Shown here one piece after another: positions 24,698-38,375 of a DNA stretch of 64,000 nt. Source of the stretch: Lama glama (taxonomy: Eukaryota). Position 1 is the first letter of the stretch; each line of letters begins with the position of its first letter. Where the stretch lies: positions 96,350,001 to 96,414,000 of the forward strand of contig CM052816.1 in assembly GCA_028534125.1 (NCBI GenBank), given 5' to 3'. A program made the translations under genes and the position numbers. A model generated the notes under the pieces. It did no database searches, was not told the DNA's origin, and saw nothing but the letters and a program-made list of their open reading frames with translations.

Positions 24698-25292
24698 GTG
24701 TCGTGAGGGAAGACTCGGGACTGGTAGAAATGTGCGCCCCTCGAGTGACTCTAGAATCTGATTGTGCTCATCATTGTCATTTTCCATGTCATATGATATT
24801 TTGAAGTCTTTGGAGGACTTGCTTGCTGGGGAGACACTGTCCTTCCACGGTTAGCTAATTCCTAAAGATAGTGAAAACTTGGCAGTGAGCCCAGCCAATC
24901 CCGAGCCCGTCCCTCCAGTCAGCTCCTTTACTTAACTCTCACACCTTGATTCCTGCCCTAAATCAAGCCAGAGCCAGGAACCACACAACGAAGGAGAGCC
25001 CCGTGCCCCCAACCTGGCCCGAATCACTAAGACGAGCAAATGCTAAGCTGTTGCATCTTCCCTGCCTTGTCATTCACCTGCAAACCCCAGTAAAGTCTCT
25101 GGTCTCTGCCTTCCCCTCTCTCCTTTCCGCCTCCTGACCGACTTCGAGGTTTCCCACCACAGCCCTGCGTGGCATGCCACGCCTCTCATTTCCAGGGGAA
25201 CGGTGAGTGATGTTAGACTTGTCTTCCAATGTCACTGACCTCTGCGTGTCATCACTGTATTATTTTTGTAAATTAAGACCTACACGCAAATC
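24698..25292 (+). mobile_element. ERVL solo LTR, MER74/MER54-like, nested in the provirus
   Basis: ggttagctaattcctaaagatagt, ccaatcccgagccc, gcctcctgaccgac, gccctgcgtggc motifs. Confidence 0.8.
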
Positions 25293-25677
25293 ATTGATGC
25301 TCTAAACCATCACTTATCAAGGTAAATGGTAGATACAGAGGGATTCGTGTCCACAAAAGAGCCGTTATTTTACACTTATTTACCATTCAACCCAGGATTT
25401 TGGGAATACCGACGTGGAATCTGGGGGTGCTGGTGTTTCCATTGGCGTGTTTGGAAAGATTTTGGAAAGTTGTCCTTTATTTCTTAGACCACACGGGACC
25501 CTGGTCCTTCCAGGTGTCCTTGTGATTATAATATCTCCAAGAGTTCTGAATTTTTAAATTCAGAGTGACTTTTGGTCCTGTTTTTATTTTGGGATCTAGA
25601 TTTTTTATATAGAATGCTACGCATTCATTCCCTAGCTTGTTTGCTTTCTAAGGCTTTCTCTTTCTCTCTCTCTCCCT

Positions 25678-26615
25678 TTTTAATTGTGGTAAAATATACA
25701 TGACATAAAATGTACCAGTTTCATCCTTTTCGAGTATTCAATTCAGTGTCATTAAGTACATTCACATTGGTGTGCAACCATCACCACTATCCACCTCAAG
25801 ACATTTTTCACCATCCCAACGTGAATTTTTGTGCCTGTTAAGGAATAACTGCCCAGTCCTTCCTGCCCCCAGTCCCTAGGAACCACTACTCTATTCTGTC
25901 TCTACAAATTTGACTCTTCTAGACACCTCATGAAGTCAAACCATACAATGTTTATCTTTCTGTGTCTGCCTTATTTCACTTAGCAGAATGTTTCCAAGTT
26001 TCATCCATGTTGTAAGTGCATCATAACTTCATTCCTTTTGAAGGCAGAATACTGTCCATTGTGTATGTATGCTACATTTTTGCCTATCCGTTGACCTACC
26101 TCAATGAATATTTGGTTGTTTCTACCTTATAGTATCGTGAGCAATTCTGGTGAACACTGGTGTCCAATTATCTGTTTGAGTCCCTGATTTCAATAATTTT
26201 GGGTGTATAACTAAAAGTGGGATTGCTGGACTGTATGGTCATTCTATTTAATTTATTGAGGAGCTTCCGTACTGTCTTCCACAGTGGCTGCGTCATTTTA
26301 CATTTCCAGCAGCAACGCATAAGCGTTCCAGTCTCTCGACATCCTCATCACCACTGTTATTCTCTATATTCTGGACAACGGCTACCTTATGAGTGTGAAG
26401 TGGTGTCTTACTGTGGCTTTGATTCCCATTGCCCTAATGGTTAGTGACATTGAGCGTGTTTTTCATGTGCTTATTGGCAGTCTATATGTCTTCTTTGAAG
26501 AACTGTCTACTCAACCCATTTTTGAATTGGGTAATTCGTCATTTTGTTGTTGAATTTTAGGCGTGCTTACATATTCTAGATACTAATATATTGTCAAATG
26601 ATTTGCAAATACTTC
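25678..26615 (-). mobile_element. L1 (L1MA/MB-type) 3' fragment nested in the provirus
   Basis: aattgtggtaaaatatacatgacataaaa...gtgggattgctgga...gatttgcaaata. Confidence 0.92.
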
Positions 26616-29600
26616 CTAGGGCTTTTGAAGATATTTATCCAAATGTTCAAAATGTTCTAAATTGGCAATCTCCAATTTCATTTTAAGCCTCTTTTTAATA
26701 TCTGAGCCCCCTTTAAAGAGGAACAAATCTCTCTTTAATTCAACTCTTTATGTAGCCCAGAATATTGTTGGAGCTATTTCTGGCTTATTTTAAAAGATAT
26801 CCACCTATATTTTGATTCATCTTAATTTTGTTTGTAATTTTAAGTCTTTGCCCAATCTGAGCCTAAGGGAATACTTCAGAAATGGACTTCGATAGTACAT
26901 TTCTTTTTCTAATTCCCTCTTAAAGCCATTTTCTGATTTATATATGGTTAGATTTTTTAAATCCTCTCCTGGAATTTCCCACAGTGTTGCTTTTAACCAT
27001 TTTCCCCTTCTAAGGGCCTAGGAATAAAAAGGAACTGGTTGCTACAGAAATGGTGATCAGGACAATAATTATCTAACAAAATCCTGAATTCTGTCACTGA
27101 TTTCTACCTTCATCAAACAGATATAAACACTTTTAAAAGTTAGGGAGAGACTTTTCAAGTCCCCAACTCATCTCTAAATGAGGGTGTAAATTAATCTTCT
27201 ATGGATCTAGACATTTTAAGAGGAAATTGTTCAATGTAATTTTTTTTTCCTATTTAAAAGTGAAACCCAGCAAACCTGGGGGAAAATGTGGCACTTGAAG
27301 GTCAGGGGAAGGAGCAGAAGGAATGGAAGTGATATTAGTGAGCGGCTAAGACAAAGCCGAATATCGACAGACCCAGGAGCACAGGTTGCAGAGGCTTGGG
27401 GGGCCGGGAACTCTTTCTGTGGTTTCCCTGCAGGATCTTTAAGGGAGGCTGTCCTGGAGTCTTTCTGTTGTTGTTGATGCTTCAACATTCAGTCAGAGGA
27501 AGCTGACCATACTGTGTTTCACTTGGTATCTCTTTTCTAGAGTTACACTTCAATGTATCTTTTTTATATCAAAACATCTCCATAATGGTTATTGCAATCC
27601 TAGGTCTTTGTTACTGAACTATTGCCAGTTATCAGGGTAGCCACAGGATTATTTCCGTTGGAGAAGGTTGCGGCTTTGATGAAGAAAATCTCATGACGAA
27701 GAATGAGGCTACAGGCTGTTCAAAGTCTAAACTAATGCATGCTGTCTTGGGTCTCTGAAGAATACAGGCTGGGAAAAAAAAAATCAGATGATGCATAACC
27801 TGGCTGACTGACTTCAGAATATATAGCTAGCAAAGTCATCTTGTTTCAGGATTTGATAAGACGAGGACTGTCCTCACACAGACTTGGTTGGTGGTGCAGG
27901 GGGAGAGGGGACCCAAGCATTGCTGACTTTTGCACAAAATGGTTATTATTCTTGCAGACCTCCGAACATCGGTCCATGGCATTCACTTAATTGGAGGCTC
28001 ATTTGGCCCATCTCTCCATCTCCTATTGTGGAGAAATCCCATATACACACAACAGACATACTACAGAACAAAATGGAAACACGTAAGACAAGACTCGGTA
28101 CAGAGAGAGGAACAAAAAGTCAAAGTGAAGCAAGCAGTAGAAGAATCAGAAGCGGAATTATGGCATGATATACCAAACATGGCACCTCCCCAGAAAAGGG
28201 CAAATTCCTCTATTCAAAGACCTGGGTTTTTTTAAACAAATAGTAGAAAAACAAAATGAATTCAACAGGACACGCTCAAGGAAACATATCAGCTCTGGCA
28301 TCACTGCTTAGAGGCTCACGAGCAGCAGTTCCAAAGGCCTATGAGAGAGTGGGGGTCAAGGAACAAGGGGTTCTCTCAGCTCCCCTGTTACTTCAGGTTT
28401 CTTGCACTGATACCAACAGAGACTCTTAAAGGAATTTGGTGGAACATCCACTTGTCAGAGGAAGAGGTTAGCATGAAACATCTGCAAATATGTATATAAA
28501 ACCGAATTTCCTATTTGCTTCCGCAAGGAAGGTACGTATTTGTCAAACCCAATCTCTCCAACTAGGATTGACAGGTTTTAGAGCCGGAGTGGTTAGGAGT
28601 GGTAGACCTTCAGATGTAAACGTGGCTATTGCTGAGTTGCTGTTTAATCTCAGTTGAGTTTCTTACCCTCTACCCTCACTAATTCCCAGTTCATTCCAGT
28701 TCCAGCTAAATTTTTTTCAGGCTCAGTTGGCAAGATGCTTCTGAGTTACTGTACCCAATCACCTGTGTGACCTATCACTGGCTTACAGAAGTGTTTCCAG
28801 TGGTTCTCAGTTCCCACGGAATAAATCTGTGTGTCTCAGCTCCCCTGAGGGTTGAGATCTGACACACGCTGCCTTTGTCCTGTGCCCCTTTGCCCCTCTC
28901 CCTCCCCCGGTGCCTTGCACAGCAGTTAGTGTGCTGTTCCCTTGCACTGCATCGGTATGCCCTTCGCTTCTGCTCTCCTCCGTCTGAAATGTTCAGAATC
29001 TTTGGCTCCATTAAGATAACTCCCATTTATTCCTTCTGACTCAAAGCAAAAGCTCTTTCTGGTTCCTGATCCTGACAGGGCCAGACAATGACCATTCTCA
29101 CCTCTGAGTTGTAAGCAGAGCTTGATGCCCGGGGAGGAGGTGGCGTCCTGCATTTTCAGTTGCTAACTCTGCCCTGGGGTGCTTTCAGTTTACATCTTCA
29201 TTGGTGCGTTTGGAACAAAATTCTCCACCCTTTTCTCTTCCATAGACTCAAGAAGAAGGTCCACAAAGTTAATGTTTAAGGTGAACAACGTACTTGGTGT
29301 TTATCTCTCTCTGCGATGTTTTGTGGCTGTTCGTGCTCATCATCGCACGGACTGCAACGCCTCGGAAGGAACGCCACATCCTTCAGTCACCTCACAGAGG
29401 AGAGTCTTGAACATGGAGGTGCCTTGTAACAATCTGCTGTGTCAGCAGTTAAACCATAGGAGGATATTATAAAAAGCGCCTGCGTCTTACACCTGCTGAC
29501 ACTTACCTTTTACACGCGGTAGGCTTTAGGGATGTGTATCTTTAAAGAAAACTTAGTTCCAAACGATAGTTACAAAATTTTCATAATCAGTATAAGAAAG

Positions 29601-31329
29601 TGATGTGTATAGCAAAACCAATCTGTTTCTCTGCTTGAAAATGACCAAACATACAACAAACGTATTTTGATAATGCTTGGATTTTTGTCACATTATTTTT
29701 CTCCTGAATTTCAAGGTAATACCATTTAAATGAAATAAAAACCATTCTCTTCATAAAAAAAAAACCACTGTCTAAAATTGCATTCACAATCCTATTCCAA
29801 TAACTACATGATACCCTAGCTTGTGCTGCTGTGGGGCCCACCCCTCCCTTTGTCTGATATAAGAGTAAAGTCTGTGAGGCTTGGCTTCTGTAAATTCTTT
29901 GGGGAAAAGTAAAAAATCCTGGGATATCCTATGCCTCTTGCTTCCTCACAGTCATGTCACCATTTGTGCCCACCCACAGGCGTCTCCATCACAGGAAACC
30001 ACGAGCTGCAGCTACACACATCTTGCTTTAACTCTCTCCCTAGACAGCGTACATCCTCTACAGTCGTAAAGCTCTTGGGCACCTGATGGAACTGAAGATG
30101 GCCTGTGTTTGGCCCTGACGTTTTTAAAGATCAAAGTGCCAAAGCTTGCATTGCCTTTGGAGCTAATTTAGTTACAAGCCCCCCTCATTCCACCCTTGAG
30201 GAAGCTGAGGCAGGAGTGCAAAGTGATTGTCCGCTCACAGATCTCACTGGGGCAGAGTCAGGACTGGGACTCTTGCATTCAGTGTCCTGGGGGACGGGGT
30301 GTCCTGGGGGACGGGGTATCCTGAGCATGTATTTGTAGCCGCCTGTGTGTGAGAGTCCATGCAGGCTTTCTCCCTGCAATCAGTGTCACTCAGTTCCCTA
30401 AGCAGCCCCCTCTCAGTACAGCCGGGCGAAGGGCACAAAGTGCCCTGAGCTGCATGAAAAACAGACACCATTTGTCATGACCCACACTTGGAACTGCCTT
30501 CGCTCTTTCTCTAGTTCCCTACAGACAAGACTGATCTTCCAGCTGCATGAAGGAGCTGTGTCAGGACACCTGTCTTCTTGGGTCATGCACAAGTTTACGG
30601 AGCTTTGCTGCAATTGATGTGGGTTTGGGATTTTAGAAAGAACCAGGAGTGCTGGATTAGAGATGCCGTCAATAACAGCCTGTGGACCGAACCAAGTGTA
30701 TTTTATCAGAAAAGCTGAGAACAGACCTGTGGCGCACAACTGGATATCGTGACAAGTAAAAATAGCATTTTCTCATGTTCTGGAAGAATTTTATCTCTTA
30801 AACACAAGGGAACTGCTCGTAGGCTGCTCTTGCCCTGTGGAGTCTGCGATGGGGATGAGAGCACGTGTGAGGATCCTGGGACGAACCCCTTCACGTTCTG
30901 AAGACCCTGTGGAGAGTCAGCCTTGGGAAGCGTTGTCACGGGGGCTGTTTGGGATCCGAGATGATCACAGATTCTGCCCTGCTGAAGCTCATACTTTATT
31001 ATGTGTTTATGTAAGCACACCAGGGAGGCATTGATAAGCTCCATAACAGTGGTAAAAAGCGACAGTTTAATTCAGGGAGGGGCAGCCAGCTTCCCCTGGG
31101 GCGTGTAGGAGGAAGGAAGGAAGATCATTTCCTCATGTTTTTTGATTTCAGTAAAGTGAGGTGAGTAGCTTATAAGGGGACTGACCATGTACTTTCCAGT
31201 TTCAAACATGAAATCATCTCATTTCTAGAAAGGCTTAGCTTCATTTAAATGTAATCACTGCTTACCCGAATATGGAAGTCTTGTATGAATGAGACTGAAT
31301 TAAAATGCTTTCTTTCTTTTTCAAAAAAT

Positions 31330-31612
31330 GTTTATTTATTTATTTGTTTATTCATTCATTCATTCATTCATTCATTTATTCATTTATGTGAAGTATAGCC
31401 AGTTTACAATGTTGTGTCAATTTCTGGTGTACAGCATAATGTTTCAGTCATACATATACACACAATATATCCTTTTTTATATTCTTTTTCATTATAGGTT
31501 ACTACAATATATTGAATATAGTTCCCTGAGCTATACAGTAGAAACTTGTTTATCCATGAGCTTGTTTTCTGTGTCTGTGAGTCTGTTTCTGGTTTGTAAA
31601 TAAGTTCATTTG
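31330..31612 (-). mobile_element. L1 3' end with a (TTTA)n/(TTCA)n-derived tail
   Basis: gaagtatagccagtttacaatgttgtgtcaatttctggtgtacagc; same family as 15135 and the 18.3-kb end. Confidence 0.9.
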
Positions 31613-33624
31613 AAGTAAGTAAACATTGAATTCTTAAAATTAGGAAGTATATTTTAATTGATTAAAGAGATTTTAAAATTTAAGATTTTTACAATTTTAG
31701 CTGGATTTTAAAACTATGTGTTTAATTTGGCATCTTTCATATTCAGCCATGAATCACCTTTTCCCCAAGCTCTATGGTGGTCTCTCTCCCATTTACATTA
31801 TAGACACCCATCGTATTAGACGCGAGAACAAACCCTACTATAGCATTTAGAAAAATGGCAGAGTTAACTGAACAAAGGACACAGGCAGCTGTAGCCCCTA
31901 GATTATTTTCTTTCTAGGTAACATCTAATTTTTTCTCTTTTGGACTCTATATTTTATGAATGAAAAGGATTTCATCTTATTATAAACTTGGTCTTCCCTG
32001 AAAGCTAGATTAAAAAAACTGAATAAATAAATTAATAAGAGAACATTCATCATTTCCACTTTAATAACTTGCCAGTCAATGTATTGAAATCATAAGAATA
32101 TTTCTGACGCCACGGAATTTGAACTTACACCTCGTGCAGGTTGATTTGCTCTAAATGCAGCTCACTGCATACACGTGGGACTGAATTGCCAGTGATGTGA
32201 CTAGTACTGGACTGTGTCCCGCCTTATTGTAAACGAGATGGCATGGAGTCATGATAGTTAAAGTCTCCAGGTTTATGTTTAATTTAAAAAAAAAGAAAAA
32301 AAGAAAGCAGAAAACAGACCTAAAAATATAAAAGCTTGGGGAAAAGTTTAGTTTGCTTGTCAAAAAGATAGAACTTAATAACTCTGAACTGGGTAACTTA
32401 AGAGAAGAGTGCGTGTTTCTCCCCACATGGAAAATAACAACATAATTATTCACAATAGAAAAGACACTGTTGGGGGTTAGAAAAAACTTATCATGAAACG
32501 TTTTGGGAAATAAAATGTCTCCGTTTCGTTAAACCACGAAGGGCATCTCGACTCTCTCTCCATTTTCATCACCCTGATTAGGCACTCCAGGTGTTCAACC
32601 AGATCTTATTTTAAATCACTGTTTCTGGTAAATTATGAAACAGTGAAATTAAAGTGTCCTCAGCAGAACCTATAAGAGCTATAATTTCAGCTCAGCACTG
32701 AAATTTACCCCCTGAAGTCTACTCTGAAAGTCTGCATCTCATGTACAGTTTATGAAAATACACACTTGACCGCACAAGTGAGAATTTCAAATCTACATGA
32801 TACGTAACGCCAGTGAATCAGCGAGAAATCCAAGTCTAATGAAAACTCTCAGAAGGCACAGCCATGAGCAGCCGTGAACAAGTAACCGCAGTAACTGGCA
32901 TTTGTGTTGCCATTTAGGTGGCTGCAGTGGTAACACTGGTTTCGGGAAAAAGGGCATAATGACAAAAATGTTAGATGACTCCAAAAGTATCAATTTATTC
33001 AAAGAAACAAGCCTAGCCAAAGAACAGCCTGTTCTATGTCTTTACATGGCTAGAATTTATATAAAAGCCAACTTTCAAATAAAAGAAAAGATTATGTATT
33101 CGGACTTGAGATCACTTTCCACATACCTTCTAATTCAGTTTGATGTGGAATTTGCTTAGACTTGGTCTTAAACTTTACTTATTGTGAAGACAAAATTGCA
33201 CGTGTGGATAGAGGTGGAGCATAAGTGTATGAGTGTCAATTTCTTATACAGAAAGCAGTCTAATTAAATCTTGGACTTGAGGAGAAAAGGGGAAGAGGTA
33301 CGGAAAAAAACCCACTCTCTCCACCTCACCTGCACCTGTGAGATAGAATGAATCTTAATGAAGAAATGTCCTGAGAAACCTTGGATATGGAAAGTGTGTA
33401 CAGTTTATTTACATAAAGTTAAATAACAAATTCAATTGACCAAAGACACAAAAGACATAGGTCGGCAGAGCAGGCATGGTGTATACCTTCTTGCATTTTT
33501 CTCTAATGAAAAGAAAACGCTGAGAGAAATTAACAAATCATATTCTTATCCTAAACTCTGGAGGCTAAAATCATCAACATTCAGTAAAGAATTATAAGGA
33601 GAGAAATTGTGAATGGTTCCTAAA

Positions 33625-33930
33625 GCTGTTTTACAAATGTGCTAAAACTCATCAGTGTAAAGCAAACATTGATTACAATCGGAGATTCTGTGGGTCTGGA
33701 ATTCCAACAGGGAACACCAGGGACAGCTGGTCTCTGCCCCACGATATCCAGGTCCTCACTTGGAAGACCAGAGGTTAGACTCATATGAAGATTTGTTCAC
33801 TCAACACGTTGGCTGGTTGATGCTGGCTTTCAGCAGGGCCTTGAATTCCACTGAAGGTGCACCATCCTTGTGGTCTCTGTGGGATAGACTGGGCTTCCTT
33901 CCAGCATGGCAGTTGGATTCCAAGAGCATG
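33625..33930 (-). mobile_element. MaLR LTR fragment (MLT1G/H-like)
   Basis: gattctgtgggtctggaatt...ggctggttgatgctggct...gggcttccttccagcatggc. Confidence 0.7.
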
Positions 33931-36189
33931 TTTGGCTTCTGTTCGTAAGAAAAGAACTCAGGTGTCACTTCCTACAGGGAGTCATCTTACGGTCTCCTGC
34001 AGCAAGCGGGCTGTGGTCAATGGCTGTTTTTCTGAGTAAATTAAATTTGAACCTCCACTGCTTGCTTCTAATCCTAGAATATTTAGAGACCTAAATATTT
34101 GGCTCCTCTCTGTAGATATATCTGAAGATATATTATCTGAATTTTATTTATTTTTAATCTATACTTGAGTCTGTGTGTGTTGAGTGTGTGCTTCCATTTT
34201 TGAGGAGAGGGCAGAGTTCTTCGGGCATATTCTGCTCTTTTTACTAGAAGTCTAATCTTATCAGAAATAATGATTCACTTTCAGAACACAGGGGCAAGGA
34301 AACTTTGATGAGAAGCTGAAAAATACCCTTAGAGGTTGATTAAATCTGCACAGGAATTTCTTTCTCCTGTTGTTAAAGACTACATGCACAGATTAAAGGA
34401 CTAGAAGATTTAGTAACACTTTTTTAGCAAAATTCCTTTGTTAAGTAAATTGGAGTGTGGTATAATTAATGTCTCAAAGTGTTGACCAACCAATTTTTAC
34501 ATTTTGGATATTGAATATTAAACAGCACAACAGTGCAAATTAAGATATAGGCATCTTTACAGCATGTAAATAAGAAGTAATCCCAGCTTAGTGTATCATA
34601 AACGATAATCCACACGTTCATTCTAAAAATATTCTACTTTTCATTTTTGATAACACAGATGTAATAAAGTAGCCAAACCTACACACATGCACACATAAAC
34701 ACTCACACTTACGTATTCGTTCAGCTTAAAGCAAGTGAATGACCATGTGATTTTAGTGCTGCATTACATTTGAAATTTGGTTGAATTCTATTTTACTAGT
34801 TACAGCATAATTAGTGAAGGCTGAATATCATGATTCAAATTTCAACAAAGAAAAGGCAAACAGTCATGAAAAGCAACAAAAAAATCTTACGTTAATATGC
34901 AAAATGTTTATTTTCAATTTTTGGAAAGCTAATTTCTATTATATCACAACGAATTTTACCAAAAGAAATAAGTAAAAAGTAATGACCCATTCTGTTCAGG
35001 TGTTTTCTTTGTTCCCAGCAGTGAACAAAGCAGAGGGAAGATAGCAAGTAAAAGATGTTTGAATGGCTTGTATCCTTTCAAACAGTCTTTAATGGGTCTG
35101 TTGGCATATGAGTGAGTGATTAATAGGTACAGCATAAATGAAGGGGAGCGATGTCTGGAAGTAAGCCTGGTTGCAGCAGAGGTTAGATACGTACCATTAT
35201 GCTCCCTGCAATGTCTAGTATTATTTAACTTTTTATGGATAAACAGGAGCAGAGGGGTGTGAGGAAAATCAACAAATGGAATTCCTTTACCAGAAGTGAG
35301 TTATAATAATGTTAATTATCAGTTGATTAAAACTCCAAGCCAGCAGATGTATAACCTCCAAGACAAAATGGTAAGTACAGATTGAGAGCAGAGACCGCCT
35401 CAATCACTTTCGCTAACACACTTCCATCTCCCAAGACAATCCTTGGTGCCTAATAGGCATGTGACCAAAATTACAATTAATATATTAATCAAGCAGTTGA
35501 TTGGTGTAAAGATTCTGAGGTGCAGAGAACACCGGAGCTGGGGATTAGGGTGTGGTGTTGTAGTCCAGTACTGACACTAACCAGCTGTTTAAACTTTTAA
35601 ATATGTCGAACTTTCTGGGACTAATTCTTAAAAGATGAGAATAGATTAGATGATCGCCAAAGCCCTTTTAAAGCTCTTATGGAGGGAAACTAATGAAGCA
35701 ACTAGAAAACATGGCATAGAGGTAAATGAAGGCAATGCACAATCTTCGACAGGGACACAGTAACCTTCTCTGCTCAGCCTACAAAGTTTAGTGAATGAGC
35801 AGCGGGATCACCAAAGCTCAGAAGTTGTTCCTCAGCAGCTCCCATAAATGTCAGACATCCTCAAGCCCAGTAAAGAGGAAACAAACTCACCGAACTAGGA
35901 AAACAAAACTGCTTTCCCTCATCTCTCCTACTCTTTTCCACTCTTTCCTACTCAGGCTATTCTTGTCCTTCACTCTAATTAAAAAAGGATAATATGTAAT
36001 TGATGAGGGCTTGAAGTAAGGACACTTGAACAGTGGATCTGTGAAAACAAGAAGAGAAGATCGTGGGCACTCTGGGGCATAACGTGCTGCCTACATACTA
36101 TATGCCAGGAGGTCCCATGGTCACAGCTGAGTGTGTTGCTTCTTTTTGCTTTTTGCTAAAGTTGCAGGGAAAGAGTCTTCACTGATAAC

Positions 36190-36800
36190 CCTTTCTCTTG
36201 AGCATGTCTTTAGTTTGTCTGTTTCTTTGTATGTCTGGTAATTTTGGGTTGCATTTTAGGCATCATGAGTGAGACATCATAAAACTGTGAATTATGACAT
36301 GTTCCTCTCAAAAGTGTTGATTTAGTGTTTTATTATGATTAAACTCAAATTCCCCACCCTGTCTCCCTTTTAGAAATAGGCAGTAGCTAAAATTTATGTT
36401 CTGTTCTTTTAGCCTTAGCCGAACTTAGCTTGGTCTACACGTAGAACCACATGTGGGTAGACTCAGCCAGAGATGCTGGCAGTTTACACACAGAATCTGG
36501 GACTCTTGCACTGTGATGTCCTCAATAACAGGACTCCTTCCTCTTTGTCCAGCTTCCATGTTCACTGGTAACTCCGTCCTTTCATTTCTCAAGCCAGTAA
36601 GACCCTGTGTTTCTGTCTGGGTTTTAGACACTCAGCGTGGCTCTGAGTGAATCCTGGCCTCAGCTGAAAGCTGTACAAATGGGACCCCACAGGATCCTCT
36701 TCTCTTTAATCTGAGTTTCTCCTCACTGTTCCTGTGTGTTTTGAATGCTTTGCCAACCACAAGCCGATTAACTGAGTCAGGAATTGGAGCAACCAGCTTT
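36190..36800 (-). mobile_element. Old L1 5'/ORF1-region fragment
   Basis: tgtttctttgtatgtctggtaatttt...ttcctctcaaaagtgttgattt. Confidence 0.45.
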
Positions 36801-37123
36801 CCTACCTGTCCACTGAAGTATGCATTGTCTATGCTTCTTTCCTGTCTCAGAGATTATTTAAACTACCACTTCCTACTAGGATACTGTTCACTTTAGTTCA
36901 GTTTATCTCTTAACTCTTAGAACCTTCCACTCACATGCTTAAGAAGGGGAACACTTGGAACTAAAGGTGAGTTGAAGCTGGCTAGACACAAGGTATAGAA
37001 CAGAACTCTAGTATTTTTCTTCCACACTGGGTCACTTTTGAGAGTTAAGAAATGTTATTAATAATTGAACCAAGAAAACCAATGTAAAATGGCAATATCT
37101 TTGGTTCATTTTTCATGCTCTAC

Positions 37124-37410
37124 TGCATTGGTTTCTCACAGCTGCCATAACAAAGTACAACAAATTAGGTGGCTTTAAAACAACAGAAATTTATTGTCTC
37201 AGAGTCTTGGAGGCTAGAAGCCTGAATTTAGAGTGTTGGCAGAGACACATTCCCTCTGAAACCTGTAGGGAAGTCCTTCTCTGCTTCCTCCTGGTCTTTG
37301 GTGGTTTCTTGGGAATCTTTGGCCCTCCTTGGTTAGTAAGTGCATCACTCCATTCCTCCAGCTTCTCATGGCATTGTCCCCATGTCCCTGCCTTCACATG
37401 GAGATCGTCT
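37124..37410 (-). mobile_element. MaLR LTR fragment (MLT1C-like)
   Basis: gctgccataacaaagtac...aaaacaacagaaatttattgtctca...tggaggctagaag. Confidence 0.88.
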
Positions 37411-38291
37411 GATTCAACCCTAACTCTTTTTTATGTCTCCTTTTTCCATTTACAGTAGAAAATTGATGTGAATTCATGTAGTCAACATAACGTTTTACTG
37501 ATGTAGGGTTTAGACAACCAGAGGTGACTAAAGTCTAAATCTAAAAGGAAATCCTTCAAAACAGTAATTCCAATGGGTAGTTACAACATGCATGGTGAAG
37601 TACCTTGGTGATTATGGTACTTCCCAATTGCAAGCTTACATTCACATTGTACCTCAATATTCTCCAACACTGGTAAGTATAATTCTCGCTCATTTTTGAC
37701 TCATCACCAGAATATTTTACAATTTAGGCAAAGATGAATTATGAAAATGCAGAACCTTATCTTTCTCAGTAAACATGCTACAGAATAGATTCAAATGCTC
37801 AAATAGTTTGCATGAGTTGGATATTCCATTTTGACTTCCCTAGTTTTTCATTTGTAACAACTGCAGATTGTTCACATCAGATAAGAACAAAAGACCTTAA
37901 GAATAGTTAAAGTTGCTGTTCATGTTTAACAGCAATAGCATTAAAAATGCATTTAAGTTGAAAATTAATATGGTCCAATTTTTATTCCACCCTGCTTAGT
38001 ATAATAGCCCAATTTTATTACTTCATTCCGATAGTTCAATCTTGTGAAAGAATATACATTTACAGCTTACTTGTTCCCAACATTCACCAATTTACGTTAA
38101 AGTCCGAATCTTCTTCACTAATTGTGCCTTGAGCAAAGTTTTAAATGAGCACTTTTCACACCTGGTTTTCTTGCTGACGTCAGAAAGAGGGTCACAAATC
38201 TTTGCTCACAAGTGCAATCTGGATTGTGGAGGGTTTTCCTTTGGTCAGCACAGTTTGTTAAAAAAGCGAGTTTGAATGCCTGGGGTAGTAC

Positions 38292-38375
38292 GTGTGTGTG
38301 TGTGTGTGTGTGTGTGTTTAGATACAAGCCTCTTCATTCCTGTGTATGTATGTATGTGTGTATGTATGTATGTAT
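38292..38375. repeat. (GT)n and (TGTA)n microsatellites
   Basis: Directly visible. Confidence 0.95.

Larger units (their letters stand above)
22090..28770 (-). mobile_element. Decayed ERV1-class provirus remnant (3' LTR ~22090-22552, internal region, gag remnant ~26620-27250)
   Basis: Minus-strand polypurine tract aaaaagggaga (22556-22566) just before TG. The minus strand near 26815-26900 reads, across a frameshift, LSKSISEVFP*-DWAKT*NYKQN*DES, resembling the capsid/major homology region; EFRI and KWLKA occur upstream. No 5' LTR or PBS was identified. Confidence 0.65.

Noticed and set aside
27884..28235. 101-aa and 94-aa + strand ORFs as a processed pseudogene
   Set aside because: Non-ATG starts, no recognisable parent, and antisense within the ERV leader region.
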